DNA of 60,950 nucleotides, counting the filler. It is 6 parts of 6 records of this genome, joined end to end, with 100 filler letters (N's around TTAATTAATTAA, not from the genome) between each part and the next. Parts side by side here need not be neighbours in the genome. Positions count along the whole stretch, not along the records: positions 54,399 to 60,950 come from SRR31147125_989; 5 more parts are not named here. The stretch is one strand, 5' to 3'. Each line of letters opens with the position of its first letter. Positions within the stretch are counted from its first letter, which is position 1. The notes below the pieces were generated by a model that worked only from the letters and a program-made list of their open reading frames with translations, was not told where the DNA came from and made no database searches. Of the stretch, positions 56,515 through 60,950 are shown piece by piece. Both the position numbers and the translations under genes were made by a program.

Positions 56515-57723
56515 TACTCTGAAAAGGACGTTCAGCCAGGGTTTACAGGCTATGAAAAAGTTCTCTTCGGCAAAAATAAACTCTACCAGTGATTTTTCAT
56601 AATTTCCCAGAAAATAGTAGATCTGGCCCAGATAGAAATGGGTCCTGTACTCCATATCCCTATTGGCCGGCAACTTCTGATACCGGATGAGAAGATTCAG
56701 GGCTTTTTCGTAGTCGCCGGATGAAAACTCTCCCATGAGGATAGTCGCAAGTCTGGGGTCCCATGAGGCAGACTCTTCATCCAGATCCTCAGGAAGGATG
56801 GTCGGAGTCAGTTCCATCGGCTGGGTGGTTTCAAATTCTGCGATCAGTGCCGACAGACGGTACTGAAGGTCTTCGTCGAGGGGAACTTCAGGAATCCTCT
56901 CCATAACACGGGAAGAGGGACTGTTCTGATAGACGGTTCCCGATGAAAGGTAGGGAAGCGGTCTGGATCTTAGTTCAAAATCGGCATCAACCGAGTAGAT
57001 GGAATCATCTGTGGTAGGTAGGATGATGGGGCGGGAAGAGCTGTTGGCCCCGTCAACAAAGGAGATATTTCCTTTCTTGAATGCCCGGGAGCCGACCAGG
57101 GCGTAATAGTATTCCACTCCGCTGATCGGTGTGTCGATATATGTGCCGGTTCCCGAAAGAACCCTGTCGATCAGAATGGCATCCAGGAGGTTTTCCGAGG
57201 CAAGAATGGGTGATGTGTTTCTGTAGATAAGAATCTCGCGCCCCGCAGGCACTGATTCAAAGGAGAGAGTGACGGTTCCGTTTTCTTCCTGGACCTGAAG
57301 ATCTTTAATCTCTACAAGCTGTTCTTCTTCGTTTTCAATATAGAGAACCGATACTCCGTAGAGATTTATATTGCCGAAAGGAATAAATATTTCATTCTCC
57401 TGACCGAAGGCATCAACGGCGAGAACGGCGTAGTAGTAAGGGACATCTTTAGCGGGAGGAAAATCCTCGAAAAAAGTCGTTTCTGACTCAATTTCGGATA
57501 TTTTTTCGGCCAGGGAAAAGTTTTCGGCGGAAACCGTTTCGGTATACCGGTAGATGACATACCCCGTTTCTCCCTGTCCTGAGGGTTTCCAGGTAAGACC
57601 GATGGTCGAGTCGGTTGAATTAACCGACAAACGGGTGGGAAACACCTTGGCTGATTCTTCATCCTGAGCGGAGACGAGGAAGAGGGCAAAAAATATAAAT
57701 AGTATTAAAGCCGGCTTTTTCAT
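56494..57723 (-). CDS. Secreted hypothetical protein with FN3-like repeats and C-terminal TPR
   Basis: Signal peptide; LTWKP..YVIYRY..YYYAV motif occurring twice; HFYLGQIYYFLGNYEKSL. Confidence 0.7.
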   Translation of the reverse strand: MKKPALILFIFFALFLVSAQDEESAKVFPTRLSVNSTDSTIGLTWKPSGQGETGYVIYRYTETVSAENFSLAEKISEIESETTFFEDFPPAKDVPYYYAVLAVDAFGQENEIFIPFGNINLYGVSVLYIENEEEQLVEIKDLQVQEENGTVTLSFESVPAGREILIYRNTSPILASENLLDAILIDRVLSGTGTYIDTPISGVEYYYALVGSRAFKKGNISFVDGANSSSRPIILPTTDDSIYSVDADFELRSRPLPYLSSGTVYQNSPSSRVMERIPEVPLDEDLQYRLSALIAEFETTQPMELTPTILPEDLDEESASWDPRLATILMGEFSSGDYEKALNLLIRYQKLPANRDMEYRTHFYLGQIYYFLGNYEKSLVEFIFAEENFFIACKPWLNVLFRVSDLIES

Positions 57724-57800
57724 ATGCATATATATAATAATCGGTAAGAAAAAGGTTTGTCCATAGGATTTTTAAGCAATTCCGAATATGTATAAAAACT

Positions 57801-57918
57801 GTTTACCACAGAATAAACTGATTTGGATGCACATCCGCGATTGGCTGCTGCAAAATCACAGATTTTCTCCTCGAACGACGCGCGGAGTGCATCCCCTTCG
57901 TTTATTTTGTGGTGGAAC
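57801..57918. other. Long imperfect hairpin (MITE-like element or structured RNA)
   Basis: ACCACAGAATAAAC/GTTTATTTTGTGGT, GGATGCAC/GTGCATCC, TCCGCG/CGCGGA nested arms; inner AAAATC/GATTTT. Confidence 0.7.
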
Positions 57919-58004
57919 TAATTTAAAAAAATCCGGAAATGCTTAAGGGTGGAAATGTTTAGGAGGGGAGGAAAAAAGTGGCACGCTGTGTTTTTTACAG
58001 GGGT

Positions 58005-58033
58005 TTGACATTAGATCTACTTACACCTAAAAT
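58005..58033 (+). promoter_or_regulatory. Sigma70 promoter predicting a leaderless transcript
   Basis: TTGACA-17-TAAAAT ending 6 nt before ATG 58040; no SD. Confidence 0.65.
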
Positions 58034-58039
58034 AGAAAA

Positions 58040-58324
58040 ATGTTTGTAGCCGTTATTATAGAAATGGGAAATGAAGATCATGAGATAGCCGCTGATAAAC
58101 TGCTCAAGATCTATGGTTTCAAACAGAATGGAAAGTTCATATATGAGAGTAATTCTATTGGAGAGACGACTTTAACCCGGCTGAAGCGGGAAATCGACAA
58201 GGTATGTGACACCTACGATATCGTCAATTTTTATCAATACCCGATGGAGGGTACCCTGGCCATTACCACTCTGGCCAAAAAACGATGGCATCGCCGTATT
58301 ATGCAGCAGGAGGAACAGAAATAA
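58040..58324 (+). CDS. Small Cas2/VapD-like ferredoxin-fold protein, stand-alone
   Basis: 94 aa; MFVAVIIE strand, LLKIYGFKQ..FIYES, LKREIDKV...DIVNFYQY pattern parallels Cas2 (L..YG..VQ.SVFE..L...I....D.V.IY). Confidence 0.55.
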   Translation: MFVAVIIEMGNEDHEIAADKLLKIYGFKQNGKFIYESNSIGETTLTRLKREIDKVCDTYDIVNFYQYPMEGTLAITTLAKKRWHRRIMQQEEQK

Positions 58325-59427
58325 TGCTGAATGACCTAGAAAATGCAATAGGGTCCCTGGACTCAAAGATACTTGAAACCTGGAGGCGTCTTTGACCCTG
58401 CTACCAGGCAGAAAGAAATAGATGAGCTGGAGCAGAAAACCGGAGAACCGGATTTCTGGAACAGCAGAGAAGAGGCCGAGAGAGTTATGGCCCTTCTCAA
58501 CAGCAAAAAAAACAGATTATATCCCTGGAAAAAGGCTTGTGAAGATCTGGAGGAGTTGAAAACTCTCTTCGAACTGGCCCGGGAAGAGGACGATGACTCT
58601 CTTGAGGGTGAAATTCAGGCGGCCGCCGACAGTTTAAGTGAAAAATATGAAAAACTGAGGGTAATGGAACTCCTGTCCGATGAATTTGATCCCAGCGACG
58701 CCTTCCTGACGATCCATTCAGGGGCCGGAGGGACCGAGGCCTGTGACTGGGTGAATATGCTCTATCGGATGTATTCACGCTGGGCAGAGAAAAAGGGTTT
58801 TAAAATTGAAATAATGGACATTCTTGAGGCTGAGGGGGGATCAAATCGGTCACCATTCTCATCAAGGGAGACTATGTCCACGGGTATATGAAGGGCGAGA
58901 CGGGGATCCACCGTCTTGTTCGCATTTCTCCCTTTGATTCCGGAGCCAGAAGGCACACGTCCTTTGCTTCGGTATATGTGTCTCCTTCCATCGATGATGA
59001 TATTGAAGTGGATATCAAGGCTGATGAACTGCGGATCGATACCTACCGTGCTTCGGGGGCCGGCGGTCAGCACGTTAATAAAACTGATTCCGCTGTCCGG
59101 ATAACACATATTCCCACAGGGGTTGTGGTTCAGTGTCAGAACGAGAGGAGTCAGCACAAAAACAAGGCAAATGCCATGAAGGTCCTGCGATCCAGACTCT
59201 ATGAATACTACAAGGAAGAGCAGGATAGGGAGCAGGAGAAGAATGCCCAGGAAAAGAAGGATATCTCCTGGGGTAATCAGATAAGATCCTATGTTTTTCA
59301 GCCTTATACGATGGTAAAAGATCATAGAAATAAACATGAGACCGGAAATATACAGTCGGTCATGGACGGGAATATTGATTCGTTTATGGAAGAATATCTG
59401 AAATGGCAGTGGGAAATAAAACAGTAG
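58324..59427 (+). CDS. prfB: Peptide chain release factor 2 with programmed +1 frameshift (plus a G-run indel near 58835)
   Basis: ATG 58324, codon 23 CTT-TGA-C with upstream [23 protein letters not shown] (SPF), [16 protein letters not shown]. Confidence 0.95.
58382..58396 (+). promoter_or_regulatory. prfB autoregulatory frameshift cassette
   Basis: GGAGG-cgt-CTT-TGA-C, the canonical internal SD plus slippery stop. Confidence 0.92.
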
Positions 59428-59816
59428 GCGGAATTTCGCTGCTTATTGTCGATGACCTCTCATTTATGCGTTCGGCCATCCGGGAAATTGCGGAGGATGC
59501 GGGGTTTACCGTCGTCGCCGAAGCAGAGAACGGGTGGGACGGATATAAACGGTATGCTGAAAAGCTGCCGGATGTGGTTCTGATGGATATCACAATGCCG
59601 GTCATGGACGGACTGAAATCCCTGAAAAGGATTCGGAAGGAGTATCCCGAAGCCCGGGTGGTCATGTGTTCCGCCCTGGGTCAGCAGAAGTATATCATCA
59701 AGGCGATTCAGTCCGGGGCCAGGGATTTTATCGTAAAACCATTCAGACCCGAAAGGATAGTATCCGCCGTAAAAAAGGCCGCCGGGGTTGACGAGAGCGG
59801 ATATGGCCCGGCGTAA
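59403..59816 (+). CDS. cheY: CheY-like single-domain response regulator
   Basis: [39 protein letters not shown]. Confidence 0.85.
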   Translation: MAVGNKTVGGISLLIVDDLSFMRSAIREIAEDAGFTVVAEAENGWDGYKRYAEKLPDVVLMDITMPVMDGLKSLKRIRKEYPEARVVMCSALGQQKYIIKAIQSGARDFIVKPFRPERIVSAVKKAAGVDESGYGPA

Positions 59817-60950
59817 GGTTGGCTTTTATTTTCTTATATTCTCTTTATTGACGTTCGTTCCCCTATCCGCGGAATCGGTGTTTCCTGAATCACTCACCGT
59901 TGGAATCGCCCGGTTCAGCGGGAAGGATCTTCCCCCGGCCTGGGATTATCTCCAGGAGAGTCTGCCTTCCCTCCTCAAAGAGTATATCGAGGAGTGTGAT
60001 TCCCATACCCTGAGCCTTCGGGAGTTTGAGGAGTTCTGGTTTCGGGATTTTACTGCGGAACAGGAGGCGCTGAGGGAAAGTATCCGATCCAAAAGACAGG
60101 AGAGGGATAAACTGCTTTTTTCGACCGGAGAGGTTTCTGATAAATATGAGACTCTGACGGAAGAAATCGAAGAGAAGGAGGAGGAGATTGAAGCTCTTGC
60201 CTTCGACAGCCCCTCCTATTTTGAATCTTCCATTCCTTTGGAGTTGGCGGATGAAAATCAGTCCGGTGATCTTCTGGACCCTCTGACGGGAGATCCTGAA
60301 TACCGTGAGGACGAGGGGCTGGACTACCTTGTCTGGGGACAGATTGAAAACTATGACGGGCTTCTCTACCTCTATCTGGAAGTTTACAGTTATATTTCCG
60401 GCAAACCCATCTATTTTCGTGAAACGGCATTTATCCCCGAACAGGCGGACTCTGTCGTGGAAGAGGAAAGAGAGGCTTTCTGGGATCTTTTTCTCGGAAA
60501 GGAGTGGAGCCGGCTGACGGTGGACTCCGAACCCTCAGGTTCGCTGATCAGCCTTGACAGCGGTGAAACGGCGGCAAGCCGTCTTGAGTCGGGGTTCATT
60601 GATCCTGGAGCCCATACGCTGGAGATTTCGGCCTACGGTTATAAATCTCTGTCCGAAGCCTTGAGTCTGAGTCCGGGGGAAGATGCCGTTTACACCTACA
60701 CACTTGAGCCTTTCAGTCTGAAGCGTATTCCCGTCAGGAGCTATCCTCAGGGAGCAGATGTTTATATTGGCTCTCAATGGGCCGGAAAAACACCTCTTTT
60801 TCTTGATGTTTCCGGGGATTTTACAAGAATACTGCTGCGTAAAGAGGGGTATGATGATTATTCATACTATATAGCCGGGGAAAGAAGTCAGGATATGAAT
60901 ATTACCCTGAACCGATCGGTCCTTAACTGGGATTCTTATGTAGAAGAGAG
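59803..60950 (+). CDS. PEGA-domain secreted protein, runs off the window
   Basis: Manual translation from ATG 59803: signal peptide, coiled coil, LTVDSEPSGSLI, VRSYPQGADVYIGSQWAGKTPL..LRKEGY. Confidence 0.8.
   Translation, partial: MARRKVGFYFLIFSLLTFVPLSAESVFPESLTVGIARFSGKDLPPAWDYLQESLPSLLKEYIEECDSHTLSLREFEEFWFRDFTAEQEALRESIRSKRQERDKLLFSTGEVSDKYETLTEEIEEKEEEIEALAFDSPSYFESSIPLELADENQSGDLLDPLTGDPEYREDEGLDYLVWGQIENYDGLLYLYLEVYSYISGKPIYFRETAFIPEQADSVVEEEREAFWDLFLGKEWSRLTVDSEPSGSLISLDSGETAASRLESGFIDPGAHTLEISAYGYKSLSEALSLSPGEDAVYTYTLEPFSLKRIPVRSYPQGADVYIGSQWAGKTPLFLDVSGDFTRILLRKEGYDDYSYYIAGERSQDMNITLNRSVLNWDSYVEE

Noticed and set aside
57840..57885. SRP RNA (minus strand GAGG...AGCAGCC)
   Set aside because: Lacks the GNRA tetraloop and the CAGG-NNN-GNRA-NNN-AGCAG geometry of helix 8
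57979..57995. Sigma54 promoter (TGGCAC)
   Set aside because: No TTGC -12 element at the required spacing
57760..58330. CRISPR locus near the Cas2-like gene
   Set aside because: No repeat-spacer array and no cas1 or other cas genes in the contig

Overview
This window is not one locus. It is six contigs joined by 100-nt N spacers containing TTAATTAATTAA (11086-11185, 25594-25693, 41190-41289, 48832-48931, 54299-54398), so adjacency across spacers is meaningless. Contigs 1-3 (1-41189) are AT-rich and Clostridia-like. They carry a selenium-dependent-type xanthine dehydrogenase, a GT4 cluster, a MarR plus polar amino-acid ABC operon, a BlaI/BlaR1(M56) module with tandem paralogous surface proteins and IS6 remnants, EPS genes, an ECF sigma/anti-sigma/VWA module, cheW-MCP, a complete agr-type quorum-sensing locus and several TetR units. 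Contigs 4-5 (41290-54298) look like Bacteroidota: nadA, GH2, trpS, trpB2 with a Trp leader, GH95-like, LytS/LytTR and GH3. Contig 6 (54399-60950) is GC-richer and spirochaete-like: GH57-like, a stand-alone Cas2-like gene, prfB with its programmed frameshift, cheY and a PEGA protein. About 14 genes are broken by single-base losses in homopolymers, most likely assembly errors. No rRNA, tRNA or CRISPR array was seen. The best leads are the BlaI/BlaR module with non-PBP sensor and effector paralogs and possible IS6 bracketing, a second AgrD-like motif in the cheW leader, a leaderless Cas2-like/prfB operon preceded by a long hairpin, and a Trp attenuator on trpB2. Taxonomy and family names come from motif recognition, not database searches.
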